Of a DNA stretch of 64,000 nt, positions 11,420 through 22,535 are shown in pieces. Below the pieces are notes generated by a model. It worked only from the letters and a program-made list of their open reading frames with translations. It was not told where the DNA came from and ran no database searches. Within the stretch, counting starts at the first letter, position 1, and each line of letters opens with the position of its first letter. Origin of the DNA: Acidobacteriota bacterium (GTDB lineage: Bacteria > Acidobacteriota > Terriglobia > Terriglobales > Acidobacteriaceae); NCBI GenBank assembly GCA_003225495.1, contig QIAJ01000084.1, positions 30,953 to 94,952 on the forward strand. Direction: 5' to 3'. The position numbers were made by a program, and so were the translations under genes.

Positions 11420-12679
11420 TTACTCGTAACGCAACGACTCGATGGGGTCGAGGTTGGCGGCCTTCCATGCCGGATAAATTCCAAATAGCAGGCCCTCGGC
11501 CGCAGCCGCGCCAAATCCAAAAGCAGTCCAGAAAAATGACATGCGCGCCGGCATCGAACTCCAGATCGCTGGAATCACCCAGGTAATCACCGCCCCAACA
11601 AGGATGCCAATAACCCCGCCCACTGCTGTCAGCGTGACCGCTTCCAGCGTGAACTGCATGAGGATGTCCGCCTTGCGCGCGCCGATCGCTTTGCGCACGC
11701 CGATTTCGGGGGTGCGCTCCGTCACCGACACCAGCATGATGTTCATTACTCCCACGCCGCCCACGATCAGCCCTACGCTCGAAACTGCGAACATAAAAAT
11801 GAACACCGCTCCGGTGATCTGGTTCCAGAAGTCGGTAAATGATTCCTGAGTGAAGATCGAGAAGTTGTCTGGAGTCTGTGGCGCAAGCCTGCGCCTGCGT
11901 CGCAGCAACTCCCGCATCTCATCTTCCAGCTTCGGCATATCCACGTGCGATGTCGCTTTGACGCTGATCCAGTAATCCTTCAACTCGGGATGCAACTTCC
12001 GGAACGTCGTCAGAGGGAAAAGTACAATGTTGTCTTCCGGATTGTTGCCGCCCGCAAACGCACTCTTGCGTTTCTCGGCGACTCCAATGACGGTGAACAA
12101 CTGCCCGTCGATATTGATTTCCTTTTCCAGAGCGCCGCCATTGGGAAATAGCTCCTCGGCGGTGTCAGAGCCCAGCACAATAACGGAGGCATGACGTTCG
12201 TCGTCACTCTCGTTCCACCAACGGCCTTCAGTGACCCCCAGATCGAATACTTTTGGCCATTCTCCGGTATCGCCTTCCAGCATGGTGTTCTTGGCGCGCC
12301 GGTCGCCGTATTTCACAACGTAAGTTCCTGCGCCGAATTCCGGTCTCTGGAAGCGCAGGCCGGTCGTCACAGCCTTCGCGTGCGGCAGGTCCTTCATCGC
12401 GAGACAGTCGTCAAGCGTCAACTGCTTGCGAGTCCGCATCTCTTCAGTCGGCCGTCCGACCTGAAAGGGTTGGATATGAAACGCAAAAACCAGGTCCGAT
12501 CCTAGACTGCTGATCGACTCCGTTACGCTCTCATTCAGTCCGCGCACCACCGAAGAGATGCTGATGACGACCGCCACCCCGATCACGATCCCTAGCACCG
12601 TCAGCGCAGATCGCATCTTGTTGCTGCGGATGGTGTCCAACGCCATCTGGACGCTCTCGGTATAGTCGCTTCGTCGCAT
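11420..12679 (-). CDS. MacB-like ABC transporter permease (MacB periplasmic domain + FtsX)
   Basis: N-terminal TM helix, large periplasmic domain and 3 C-terminal TM helices. Carries [16 protein letters not shown] and ends [11 protein letters not shown]. Confidence 0.85.
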   Translation of the reverse strand: MRRSDYTESVQMALDTIRSNKMRSALTVLGIVIGVAVVISISSVVRGLNESVTESISSLGSDLVFAFHIQPFQVGRPTEEMRTRKQLTLDDCLAMKDLPHAKAVTTGLRFQRPEFGAGTYVVKYGDRRAKNTMLEGDTGEWPKVFDLGVTEGRWWNESDDERHASVIVLGSDTAEELFPNGGALEKEINIDGQLFTVIGVAEKRKSAFAGGNNPEDNIVLFPLTTFRKLHPELKDYWISVKATSHVDMPKLEDEMRELLRRRRRLAPQTPDNFSIFTQESFTDFWNQITGAVFIFMFAVSSVGLIVGGVGVMNIMLVSVTERTPEIGVRKAIGARKADILMQFTLEAVTLTAVGGVIGILVGAVITWVIPAIWSSMPARMSFFWTAFGFGAAAAEGLLFGIYPAWKAANLDPIESLRYE

Positions 12680-12700
12680 GCTGTTCGAGCCAGTACTGAA

Positions 12701-13963
12701 CTACATTTCAAAACGCAGCGCCGCAATTGGATCGAGCCTGGCCGCGCGTTTTGCAGGATACACTCCGAAAAACAAGCCCACGCTGGTCGCCACCAGTAAG
12801 GCAGTTACGACCGACCACAGTTGTACCGACGAGGGCATTCCGATCAGCGCAGTGATTGTCTTGGCGAAGCCGATCCCGAAGATCACGCCCAGGCACCCGC
12901 CAGCCAGCGCGACCGTGGCGGATTCGATCAGGAACTGCGCCAGCACATCCTGCCGCCGGGCGCCCATCGCTTTTCGAATACCAATCTCGCGCGTGCGCTC
13001 CGTGACCGACACCAGCATGATATTCATGATCACAATGCCGCCCACCACCAGCGCGATCGCGGCAATGGCGGTGATCGTGATGAAAAGCGTCTGCGTCAGA
13101 TTCTTCCACAGGCTCAGGAAGTTCTCGTTCGTCTCCGCTACAAAGCTGTCGGGCTGCCCCGGAGCATCGTGACGGCGGGCTCGCAAGATCATCCGCACTT
13201 CGTCGATAGCGGCGTTCAGCTGGTTGCCCACTCCGTGCGCCTTTCCTGAAATACGAATGCTGGTGTGGGAGCCGTACTGCTTCAGGTAGGCCGAAATCGG
13301 GACCGCGATAAAGTTGTCCAGACTCTGGCCGAGAGTCTTGCCTTGCTTCTCGCCCACTCCGATGACGCGATAGATTTGTCCATCGAGCCTGATTTCCATT
13401 CCCAGCGGATCCTGGCTCGGAAACAGATTTTCTACAACGTCCGTACCGATGACCGCGACATTCGTCCGATTGTCCTCATCCGTATCATTGAGCATCCGGC
13501 CCGAAGAGAGGTTCAAATCCAGTACCGTCGCCATCGAAGGCGTAATGCCTCGCACCCACGTGTCATTCAGCGAGTGCTCCCCATAGCGAACATGCCCCGT
13601 AGGATTCAGCACCGACGCGGCCACCACTGAGCACTTGCCGCAGGCGTCGCGCACCGCGTAATAGTCCTCCATGGCGAAGTTCTTGCGCTTCTCACCCTCG
13701 ATCATTTGGTCAATATTGGTGATGACAGGGGAGATCTTGCTGACGATGAAGACATCGGTTCCTAGTCGGAACACTCGTTCGGCAACATAGCGATCCAGCC
13801 CGCTGGTGAACGTGACCACCGCAATCACCGCCGCCACCGCAATCACGACTCCCAACATCGTGAGAAACGTCCGCAGCTTGTTCGCCCACAAGGATTGCAG
13901 AGCCAGACGTAGCCCCTCAGTCGAGGCCATAGCTCCATGTCGCAGGATTTCGGTTCGGGGCAT
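12701..13963 (-). CDS. MacB-like ABC transporter permease, paralog of the preceding gene
   Basis: Same architecture as the neighbour. Carries VTERTREIGIRKAMGA and ends RLDPIAALRFEM. Confidence 0.85.
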   Translation of the reverse strand: MPRTEILRHGAMASTEGLRLALQSLWANKLRTFLTMLGVVIAVAAVIAVVTFTSGLDRYVAERVFRLGTDVFIVSKISPVITNIDQMIEGEKRKNFAMEDYYAVRDACGKCSVVAASVLNPTGHVRYGEHSLNDTWVRGITPSMATVLDLNLSSGRMLNDTDEDNRTNVAVIGTDVVENLFPSQDPLGMEIRLDGQIYRVIGVGEKQGKTLGQSLDNFIAVPISAYLKQYGSHTSIRISGKAHGVGNQLNAAIDEVRMILRARRHDAPGQPDSFVAETNENFLSLWKNLTQTLFITITAIAAIALVVGGIVIMNIMLVSVTERTREIGIRKAMGARRQDVLAQFLIESATVALAGGCLGVIFGIGFAKTITALIGMPSSVQLWSVVTALLVATSVGLFFGVYPAKRAARLDPIAALRFEM

Positions 13964-14050
13964 TCCCAGGAACCTCTTTGCTATTCGGTATATCAGTCTA
14001 GCAGAGCGATTCCTGGCTCCGGCATGCGGGGATTGGCCGCTGCCGCTTTT

Positions 14051-16042
14051 TTAGGGGCTCTGAACTACTTGAGGAATCGACTTCTTGATCGGCGCGAAAG
14101 AATTATCGCCTGGGTAAACGGCTCTAATGGAATGCCTTTTCACTGACAAGGAAGAGGTTGTGTAGGCCGCTGTTCCCGCCGCCAGAGCGACTGTCGCGAG
14201 CACGGTCTTACCATCGTAAAAAGTCACCATTTCTCCATTTGGAATCGCGCCGTAATTCGAGAAAACCCCGCACGTGAATGTCACCGGCTGTCCGGCGATA
14301 GAGGGAGACCCCGACGTTGTGAGAGTCATTTTCGACGTGCCCTGAACGTACTGTGCTAAGGAGGCCGAGACACTGCCCAGGCTGTCCACATCGCCGGAGT
14401 AGGTGGCGGTGATCATGTGCGTGGCTACCTTGCTGTACGAAGTTGAATATGTCACTGGGTGGCCTGTCCAGCGGACTGTTAGCAGCACGGTGGTTCCATC
14501 CTTGAATGTCACCGTTCCCGTAACAGGTCCAGGGTAACCGCTGACGACGGTGGCGGTGTAGGTGACTAACTTCCTAAAAGTGACTGGATTAATATCTGAC
14601 ACGACTGTCGTGGTGGTTGGACTGTGAGGCGGCGAATCGTTGAGGAATACGCCGGCACTGCCCCCTAGAGCACAATTGTTAGTTTGCATGCAATCGTTAG
14701 TGACGACCGCATCCGGCTTGCCGTCACGATTCACATCGGCAGCGACAACCTGTACTGCAATGAATCCGCCGGTGTCGTAAGTTGTCGCCGGCTGAAAGGT
14801 TCCGTCACCATTTCCCATTAAAACCTGCATCGCACCCCGGTCTTCACCTCCGCAAGGAAGGTATCCCCCGGCGACCAGCAAGTCCACTTTTCCGTCGTTA
14901 TTGAGGTCTGCGACAGCCACTGAGTTCGCGCTGCAGCCGCCCGACCCATAAATTACTGCCTCTTGGAACGTGCCATTACCGTTGCCGAGAAGCACGCTAA
15001 TTCCGCCTTCACCACCGTTGTCGCACACCCCGAAACCGCACTCCGCAGCCACCAGGATGTCGGGTTTGCCATCACCGTTTACGTCGGCTACGGTCGAGCC
15101 CCGAGTTGCATAGACGTTTGAGTTGTAGAGCACCGCCGTCTTAAAGGTCCCATTCCCCTTGCCGATCAGAACACCGACTACTCCTTCTCCAGGACATGAA
15201 CCATCTCCATCGTCGGCCGCACAGTTAACTGCTACCAGATCGGGTCTTCCGTCGCCATTCACGTCGGCGATAATCACGGCCTTAGGATATTACCCGCCTG
15301 AACGGTAATTCACCGCCGATCGAAAGGAGCCGTCCCCGTTACCCAGTAAGACAGTTGTGATTCCGGTGCCTGTGAAACATCCGCTGGGTCCGCATCGGCC
15401 ACCTACAAAATCCAGTTTGCCGTCCCCATTGAGATCTGCCACCTCGCCTGGGGCGACTAGACGTCCACCGAAGTCCGAGGCCACAGCGGACTGGAAGGTG
15501 CCGTCGCCGTTCCCCAGCAGTACCCCGACAGAACCGGAGGGCGTCTGACAGGTTTTATCGGAGCCGCATCCATTCTCGACGACCAAGTCGGGCTTCCCGT
15601 CTCCGTTCATGTCTCCAATCGTCACCGACACCGCGCCGAATCCTCCGGAACCGTAAGTCGTCGCCGCCTGAAAGGTGCCATCGCCATTTCCGAGCAGCAC
15701 CCCGATTGTGCTGATGGGACAACCGTTCGGACCGCCATCCCTGCATGCGTTCATCAACACCATATCCGGAAATGAATCTCCATTCAGATCCGCCACCGCA
15801 ACCGCAAGCGTCCCTACTCCTCCAGAACCGTAGGTGACCGCAGGAACAAAAAGGGGATCAGAGTCCGGATCAGCCGCTGCTCGGAGCTGGATTGCGTTGG
15901 GCGTCCAATGAAGGTTTGTCGGCGTGTGCCGCAACGTCCTGACCTCAGTGGGTTGCTGCCCGAAGGCTGTGAGCACCACTGACAGGGTCAGAAGTGTCAA
16001 TACAGGGATATGGCGGAAATGGTGCTTCATAAGATCGCGCAT
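14051..16042 (-). pseudogene. secreted FG-GAP/VCBS-repeat protein with C-terminal Ig-like domains, interrupted by one in-frame TAA (15290-15292)
   Basis: ORFs 15290..16042 (signal peptide plus FG-GAP repeats) and 14051..15277 are in the same frame. The junction reads ...AVNYRSGG-TAA-YPKAVIIADVNGDGRPD, which is one intact FG-GAP repeat unit. Confidence 0.75.
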
Positions 16043-16233
16043 GGGAGACCACCTTGAGGCCAGAATCGGGCCGAGGAACGCGTGCGTTTACCCGAGGAAG
16101 AAGAGCGGCGTAAGCGTAGTTCTGAAGAGCTCCCTTGTCAATCGGAATGTGGCTCAAGCGAGGGCATGAGGATGAGTATGGTTGGTCGGCAGGCAGAACG
16201 CACGGCTTAATCGACCTTTACGAGGCCCTTCGA

Positions 16234-16263
16234 TTGTTCCATCGAGTGCGGGGATACTATAAT
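16234..16263 (+). promoter_or_regulatory. sigma70-type promoter for rnpB (-35 TTGTTC, 18-nt spacer, -10 TATAAT)
   Basis: TATAAT at 16258-16263 lies 7 nt before the predicted rnpB 5' end. TTGTTC is at 16234-16239. Confidence 0.55.
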
Positions 16264-16270
16264 CACAAGG

Positions 16271-16670
16271 TTGGCAGCCGGATCGGACGGCCGCTGCTGC
16301 AAGGCAGAGGAAAGTCCGAACTCCGCAGAGCAGTGTGCCGGATAACGTCCGGGAGGCTGGGTTCAAGCTCAGCCGACGGAAAGTGCCACAGAAAACATAC
16401 CGCCGCGGGCCGCAAGGCCCAGGTAAGGGTGAAAAGGTGCGGTAAGAGCGCACCGCCGTCGCAGTAATGCGGCGGGCAGGGCAAACCCCACACGGAGCAA
16501 GACCAAATAGGGAGGGAATTTCCGGCTTCGGCCGGGAATACGTGCCGGCTCGGTGCGTCAAACCTTCGGGTAGGTCGCTAGAGCCGCGCAGCGATGCGCG
16601 GCCCAGAGGAATGGCCGTCCCGCAGGAGCAATCCCGCGGACAAAATTCGGCTTACACATCCGGCTGCCAA
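16271..16670 (+). ncRNA. rnpB: RNase P RNA, bacterial type A
   Basis: Conserved blocks present: GAGGAAAGTCCG, GGAAAGTGCCACAGAAAACATACCGCC, GGTAAGGGTGAAAAGGTGCGGTAAGAGCGCACC, GGCAAACCCCAC and ACAAAATTCGGCTTACA. P1 pairing is TTGGCAGCCGGAT/ATCCGGCTGCCAA. Ends are good to within a few nt. Confidence 0.93.
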
Positions 16671-16776
16671 GAACTCATTTCTCTCTTGGGTTAGAAAATC
16701 GCTCCCATGGTTTGTCGCGCCGTGCGGTGAATAGAGTCGCTATTCCCCGCATGGCAGGGGTTGAATAATTCCTCTC

Positions 16777-17532
16777 TCATGTTTCGCGCGAAAAGTCGGA
16801 AGCCACTGCCTCAACCGTCTGCCTGAATTTGCGAACAGTGTCCTCGAACAAATTGGCTCCGATTGCAGAACTGGCTGACTCGGAAGCTGCATTATCGCTT
16901 GATGTCCGCGTGTATCCGCCGAGCGATGTGTGGATTTCCCTCACGCCCGTGTCCCGCAAGATCCGCTCGATATGAACGCTACGGATTCCTCCACCGACCA
17001 TAATGACGATGCGATCGCCAGCCGCGCTCAACAGACTCCTGATCGTCGGGAGGCCATCGATGACGCTGGATTTCCCACCAGAGGTCAGGATTCGCTTCGC
17101 CCCCGTTTCTACGACCGCCTCGACTGCTTGGGGAAGATCCGGGCATTCGTCAAATGCCCGGTGAAAAGTCAGCGGGAGCGGGTGCGCCCAAAGCACCAGC
17201 GCCCGGGCATTCACGATATCGACTCGGCCCATCGGATCCAGGACGCCTGACACGATTCCATCCAGTCCACTGTCCTTGGCCAACTCAATGTCGCGTTTCA
17301 TGGCCTCGAGCTCAATTCGGGAGTAACAGAAGTCGCCCGGTCGCGGACGGATCATCCCGTAGACAGGAATTCGCACGCGTTGGCGCACGGCGCGAATCAG
17401 TTCAACGCCTGGAGTAATTCCTCCGCACGCTAAGTTATCGCAGAGTTCGATCCGGTCGGCACCGCCGCGTTCGGCTGCAACCGCATAGTCGAGCGATTCG
17501 ACGCAGATTTCCACAACAATCGGGTTTGCCAT
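16777..17532 (-). CDS. cutC: copper homeostasis protein CutC
   Basis: Start chosen at MANPIVVEICVESLDYAVAAERGGADRIELC, which is typical of the CutC family. The protein is 251 aa. Confidence 0.85.
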   Translation of the reverse strand: MANPIVVEICVESLDYAVAAERGGADRIELCDNLACGGITPGVELIRAVRQRVRIPVYGMIRPRPGDFCYSRIELEAMKRDIELAKDSGLDGIVSGVLDPMGRVDIVNARALVLWAHPLPLTFHRAFDECPDLPQAVEAVVETGAKRILTSGGKSSVIDGLPTIRSLLSAAGDRIVIMVGGGIRSVHIERILRDTGVREIHTSLGGYTRTSSDNAASESASSAIGANLFEDTVRKFRQTVEAVASDFSRET

Positions 17533-17713
17533 GGGGGAGATAATCCTCCCAAGGATAACGCGTCGCATGCCCGCGATTCAGGGGCGGCGGCCAGCTAACT
17601 GGTCCGAATTCAGCTTTCCTTTCTCGTTTTTAAGCGTCGATACCACAGAATGTTTTAGGATGTCTGATTCTCCACGCGAGCCAAATCCAAATTATCCATG
17701 GGGCAAACCTCTG

Positions 17714-19738
17714 ATGCGTTTTTCAATGTCGCTTATTGCAATTCTTGCGTTCTCGTCATTGCTTTTCGGCCAAACCCCCTCGCTGCAGGGTGTCGATGTC
17801 GCAGAACTCGATCGCAAAACTGAACCTTGCACCGATTTCGCGCAGTTCTCCAATGGAACCTGGCACTCCCAAAATCCTATCCCCGCCTCGATGAACCGCT
17901 GGAGCAGGCGTTGGCAGGCAGGAGAGAACGCCAAGGACCGTCTGAAAGAGATCCTCGAAGCCATCGACCCAGCTCAGGCCGCAAAAGGCAGCACTGAACA
18001 AATTATCGGCGACTACTACAGAGCCTGCATGAACGAATCGCGGGTCAACTCGCGTGGAATCGAGCCACTCAAGCCATGGTTCGCCAAGATCGACTCCGCA
18101 AAAGATATGGCCGCGTTGCAACGCGTCATGATCGAGCTGCATGACATCCAGGTGATCGGCCCCTTCGCCGTGAGCGGCCAGCAGGATGTCCACAAGCCAA
18201 CCCAGGTCCTCGCCGATATCAGCGCCGCCGGCTACAGCATGCCCGATCGGGACTACTACTTGAAACCGGACGCCCGTTTCAAGGAAGCGCGTGCGAAATA
18301 CATCGACCACGTCGCCAGGATGTTTGCTCTCGCCGGATGGGATGCCAAATCAGCCGCTGCCGCCGCGCAAACCGTCTTGACGATGGAAACGAAATTCGCG
18401 GAAGTATCGTTCGACAAGGTTGTCCTGCGCGATCCAACGGCAATTGACCACAATTCGACGTTCGCGCAATTGCAGGCGATGGCGCCCCATTTTGACTGGG
18501 CAACTTATCTCAGCCACAAACAACTTCCGCAGGACGTCGACATGAACGTCGATCAGCCGAAATTCATGCAGGAATTCGACCGCCAGTTGCAGCAGACGCC
18601 TCTCGCCGACTGGAAGGTGTATCTGATATGGAACCTGCTGAATTCAACTGCCGAAGCTCTCTCTGGCCCCATCGAAGCCGAAGACTTCGAGTTCTTCGGC
18701 AAATACCTGAGCGGAGCCACCGAGTTGAAGCCGCGCTGGAAGCGCTGCGCCGAGCAGACCGATCGCTATCTGGGCGAAGCGCTCGGAAAGAAGTATGTCG
18801 AAAAATATTTTTCTCCGGAAGCCAAGGCCCGCATGCAGGAAATGGTGCGCAATCTCCTCGCGGCAATGCGCGACGATATCCTCACTCGTCCCTGGATGAG
18901 CGACGACACCAAAGAAAAAGCGCTCGCCAAGATCGCAACCTTCAATCCCAAAATCGGCTACCCGGACAAATGGAAGGACTACAGCAAAGTTGAAATCCGC
19001 CCCGACGCGTTGTTCGAAGACAATATTGCCGGACGCCGCTTCGCCGTGGAAGACGATCGCCTGACCATCGGAAAGCCCGTGGATCGTGGCCGTTGGGGTC
19101 TGACTCCGCCCACCTCTGACGCCTACTACAACCCGCTGCTCAACGAGATCGTTTTCCCCGCGGGCATCTTGCAGCCACCGGCTTTCGACATTTCAGCCGT
19201 CGATGCAGTGAACTATGGCGCCATTGGAGTCGTGATTGGCCACGAGATTTCCCACGGCTTCGACGACGAAGGCGCACAGTTCGATTATCTCGGCCGCCTC
19301 CGCAACTGGTGGAGCGACGCCGACCTCAAGCAGTTTCAGACCCGCGGCGCCTGCGTAGCGAACCAGTTCGATAATTACTTCATCGAGCCCGGCATCCACC
19401 ATAACGGCAAGATGGTTTTGGGAGAGAGCATCGGCGATCTGGGTGGCGCAAAGATCGCCTACCTCGCCTACCAGAAATCACTCGAGGGCAAGCCGCGTCC
19501 CACCAACATCGACGGCTTCACTCCCGAACAGCAGTTCTTTATCGCGTGGGGCCAGTTCCGGGCAGACGAAATTCGCCCCGAACAGCAACGCCTGATGGTG
19601 CAGTCCGACCCGCACCCGATTGCGAAGTACCGCGTGATCGGCCCGCTGTCGAACCTGCCGGAGTTTCAGAAAGCATTTCAGTGCAAGGCCGGCGACCCAA
19701 TGGTGCGAGCCTCCGACAAGATTTGTGAGGTTTGGTAA
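17714..19738 (+). CDS. M13 family zinc metallopeptidase (PepO/endothelin-converting-enzyme-like), secreted
   Basis: HEISHGF (HExxH) and GESIGDLGG (ExxxD). Start chosen at MRFSMSLIAILAFSSLLFGQ (signal peptide). ATG 17660 is an alternative start. Confidence 0.9.
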   Translation: MRFSMSLIAILAFSSLLFGQTPSLQGVDVAELDRKTEPCTDFAQFSNGTWHSQNPIPASMNRWSRRWQAGENAKDRLKEILEAIDPAQAAKGSTEQIIGDYYRACMNESRVNSRGIEPLKPWFAKIDSAKDMAALQRVMIELHDIQVIGPFAVSGQQDVHKPTQVLADISAAGYSMPDRDYYLKPDARFKEARAKYIDHVARMFALAGWDAKSAAAAAQTVLTMETKFAEVSFDKVVLRDPTAIDHNSTFAQLQAMAPHFDWATYLSHKQLPQDVDMNVDQPKFMQEFDRQLQQTPLADWKVYLIWNLLNSTAEALSGPIEAEDFEFFGKYLSGATELKPRWKRCAEQTDRYLGEALGKKYVEKYFSPEAKARMQEMVRNLLAAMRDDILTRPWMSDDTKEKALAKIATFNPKIGYPDKWKDYSKVEIRPDALFEDNIAGRRFAVEDDRLTIGKPVDRGRWGLTPPTSDAYYNPLLNEIVFPAGILQPPAFDISAVDAVNYGAIGVVIGHEISHGFDDEGAQFDYLGRLRNWWSDADLKQFQTRGACVANQFDNYFIEPGIHHNGKMVLGESIGDLGGAKIAYLAYQKSLEGKPRPTNIDGFTPEQQFFIAWGQFRADEIRPEQQRLMVQSDPHPIAKYRVIGPLSNLPEFQKAFQCKAGDPMVRASDKICEVW

Positions 19739-19773
19739 GTCAGAATGTGCACAAACCAGTACTGGAGCCGCGC

Positions 19774-20325
19774 CTACACCGAGTAGGAGACGTTCTCCCC
19801 GCTCGCCTCCGCGGAAGCCACGACAGTCGTCGTAACTGCGCCCGAAGACTTGCTGCCGCGCCTCATAGCTACGATTCCCGTGCGCACCATCTCCATCACG
19901 CCGTACGGACGCAGCACTTCGAGCAGCCCGTCAATCTTGTCTTCCGCTCCGGTGATTTCGATAGTTAGAGATTCCGGCGCGACATCGACCACCCGCGCCC
20001 GGAAGACGCTGGCTAGTTCCAGCACGTGCGAACGCGCTTCATGCGTCGCCGCGACCTTGATCATTGCCAGGTCACGGACGATCGACGGCTCATGCGTAAT
20101 GTTCTCCACCAGCATCACATTGACCAGTTTGTAGAGGTTTGCCTCGATGCGGCGCGCCTGATCGTAGTCGGCATCCACGGTGATTGTCATCCGCGACACT
20201 TCAGGCTTTTCAGTGCGTCCCACCGTCAGCGAATCAATATTGAAAGCCCGCCGCCGAAAGAGCGATGCTACCCGAGTCAGCACGCCGGGCTTGTTTTCGA
20301 CATAAACCACGAATGTGTTCATCAT
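19774..20325 (-). CDS. ilvN: acetolactate synthase small (regulatory) subunit
   Basis: MMNTFVVYVENKPGVLTRVASLFRRRAFNIDSLTVG is an ACT domain. The gene lies immediately downstream of ilvB. Confidence 0.92.
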   Translation of the reverse strand: MMNTFVVYVENKPGVLTRVASLFRRRAFNIDSLTVGRTEKPEVSRMTITVDADYDQARRIEANLYKLVNVMLVENITHEPSIVRDLAMIKVAATHEARSHVLELASVFRARVVDVAPESLTIEITGAEDKIDGLLEVLRPYGVMEMVRTGIVAMRRGSKSSGAVTTTVVASAEASGENVSYSV

Positions 20326-20366
20326 AAATTTTGCATTCCGCAGCCGTGCAAGCAGCCTTTGGGTGG

Positions 20367-20422
20367 CGCAGCGCTTCAGCGCTGCGATCAAGCCTTTTAA
20401 TCCCCTGGGACTCCAGCCCCAG
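20367..20422. repeat. REP-like element, family B, copy (stem CGCAGCGC-TTCA-GCGCTGCG plus second small hairpin)
   Basis: Lies between ilvB and ilvN. It aligns by eye with 44437-44488 and 46585-46633: a GC stem with TTCA loop, then AAGC.., then GGG.CT..AGCCCC. Confidence 0.6.
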
Positions 20423-20427
20423 TTTAT

Positions 20428-22100
20428 CTACTCGTCTGCCGCTGTCTCCACAATTGGACTCGGCCGCCGGATCATCTCATGCAGTCCCGATCCCGCTGCC
20501 ACCATCGGATACACCGTATCCTCCTGCTCCACGTGGAAATTAATCAGCATCGGACCGTCATGCCCGCGCGCCTCCCGAACTACCGGGACAACCTCAGCGC
20601 GTTGCCGAACCGTCGCAGCTTTAATCCCATATGCCTCAGCCAGTTTTGCAAAATCGGGATTCAACAGCGGCGTCGCCGAGTAATTTCGCTCGTAGAAAAA
20701 CTCCTGCCACTGCCGCACCATACCCAGATACCCGTTGTTGATGATGGCGATGTTGATCTTCAGATTCTCCTGCACGATCGTGGCCAGTTCCGCCATCGTC
20801 ATCTGAAAGCCGCCATCCCCGACTATCACCCAGACTTCTGCTTCCGGCCGCGCCACCTTCGCCCCAATTGCCGCGGGCAAGGCGAATCCCATCGTGCCCA
20901 GGCCTCCGGAAGTAATCAGACTCCGCGGCTTCTCATGCTTGTAGTATTGCGCCTCCCACATCTGGTGCTGGCCGACGTCGGTCACGACGACCCGTTATCC
21001 GGCAGGTTCTGAATGTCCCGGACTGCCGCGTCCCCTTTCAGTTGATCGATCGAGTCCAACCATTCGCTCCGATCTGGAGAATCAATCCGCGGCAGCAGCT
21101 CATGTAGCACTTGGCGCAAATCGCCCACCAGCGCGACATCCACCTTCACATTCTTGTTGATCTCCGCCGGATCGATCTCGACGTGAATCTTCTTTGCATT
21201 GGGCGCATATGTCTTCAGATTGCCCGTTACTCGATCATCAAAGCGCATCCCGAGCGCGATCAACAGGTCGGCATCCTGAATCGTGTGATTCACCCACGCT
21301 TCTCCGTGCATCCCCATCATCCCGAGATTCAGCGGGTGCGATGCCGGAAACGCCCCCAGCCCCAGCAGTGTCAGCGCCACCGGAACCCCCGCGCGCTCGG
21401 CAAAATCCCGAACTTCACGCATAGCCCCGGAAATGATGATGCCGTGTCCGGCCAGGATGACCGGCCTCTTGGCGTTGTGGATCAGCTCCAGCGCCTCCTC
21501 ATACTCCTTCGGCGCCGGCGAGAGATCCGGACGATATCCCGGCAACTGTGGCGCCGCCGCATCCCAATCGAACACGCACGTTGTCTGCTGCGCGTCTTTG
21601 GTGATGTCCACCAGTACCGGCCCCGGACGTCCCGACTTCGCAACGTAAAAAGCTTCGCGGATCGTCTGCGCCACTTCGCTGGCGTGTGTCACCAGATAGT
21701 TGTGCTTGGTGATCGGAAGCGTGACGCCGGTAATGTCCGTTTCCTGAAATGCATCGGAGCCGATCAGCTTGCTGCCCACTTGCCCAGTGATGCAGACAAT
21801 CGGCGAAGAGTCCAGCATAGCGGTCGCAATCCCAGTGACCATGTTGGTTGCGCCCGGCCCCGACGTAGCCACCGCAACTCCAACGCCTCCGCCGGCGCGG
21901 GCATAGCCGTCGGCCATATGGGTCGCACCCTGCTCGTGGCGCACCAGGATGTGATGGATCTTGCTGTGCTTCAGCGCGTCATAAGCCGGGAGAATTGCGC
22001 CGCCGGGATAACCGAACACTTCCTGCACTCCCTCCCGCTCCAGGCACTCCCAGAGAATGCTCGCCCCAGTCATCGTCCCCGATTTCTTTTCGTCCTTCAT
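20428..22100 (-). pseudogene. ilvB: acetolactate synthase large subunit, split by a frameshift at about 20985-20994
   Basis: N-terminal ORF (MKDEKK..GYPGGAILP..) ends ..[15 protein letters not shown] at 20982. The C-terminal ORF continues in another frame as (R)[27 protein letters not shown]. That C-terminal frame has a TAA at 20995-20997. Total length is not a multiple of 3. Confidence 0.8.
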
Positions 22101-22535
22101 GAAGCCCTGACCTCTCCGGCCGGCGACAGAATAAGGATCGCCAGGTAAGTCTTCGATTGTACCAACCGACCGTCCGGTCGGCAATCCCAAACCTTCCCAC
22201 CTGTAAAGCTCTAGTCATCCCCGAACTTACATCTTGGCTCGAGCACAGCTTTATCTACCAGCAGAATCTACCCGCTCAGGATTTGTATTGACTTCACTTT
22301 CATCCTGACATACATTCGCGCGATCTCAGCGAGTCGGTTTTCCCCAAACCCGCAATCTTAAGTATTTCCTTCTCGCTGCTTCCCAAAAATCCAATTTCCA
22401 TCGTGTGGCTCTTTGCACGCGGACGCAGCATTCCGGATATTTCACATCCAGATGCCTGCGCGGCCAAAGCAATCTGCACACGGATCAGCAGTCGGGCCGC
22501 GTGATTTTGAACTACTTAAGACAAAGGAGCTCACT

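Noticed and set aside
16135-16694. Several 75-135-aa ORFs on both strands (16135..16467, 16154..16561, 16467..16694).
   Set aside because: They overlap the RNase P RNA gene, which explains this region completely.
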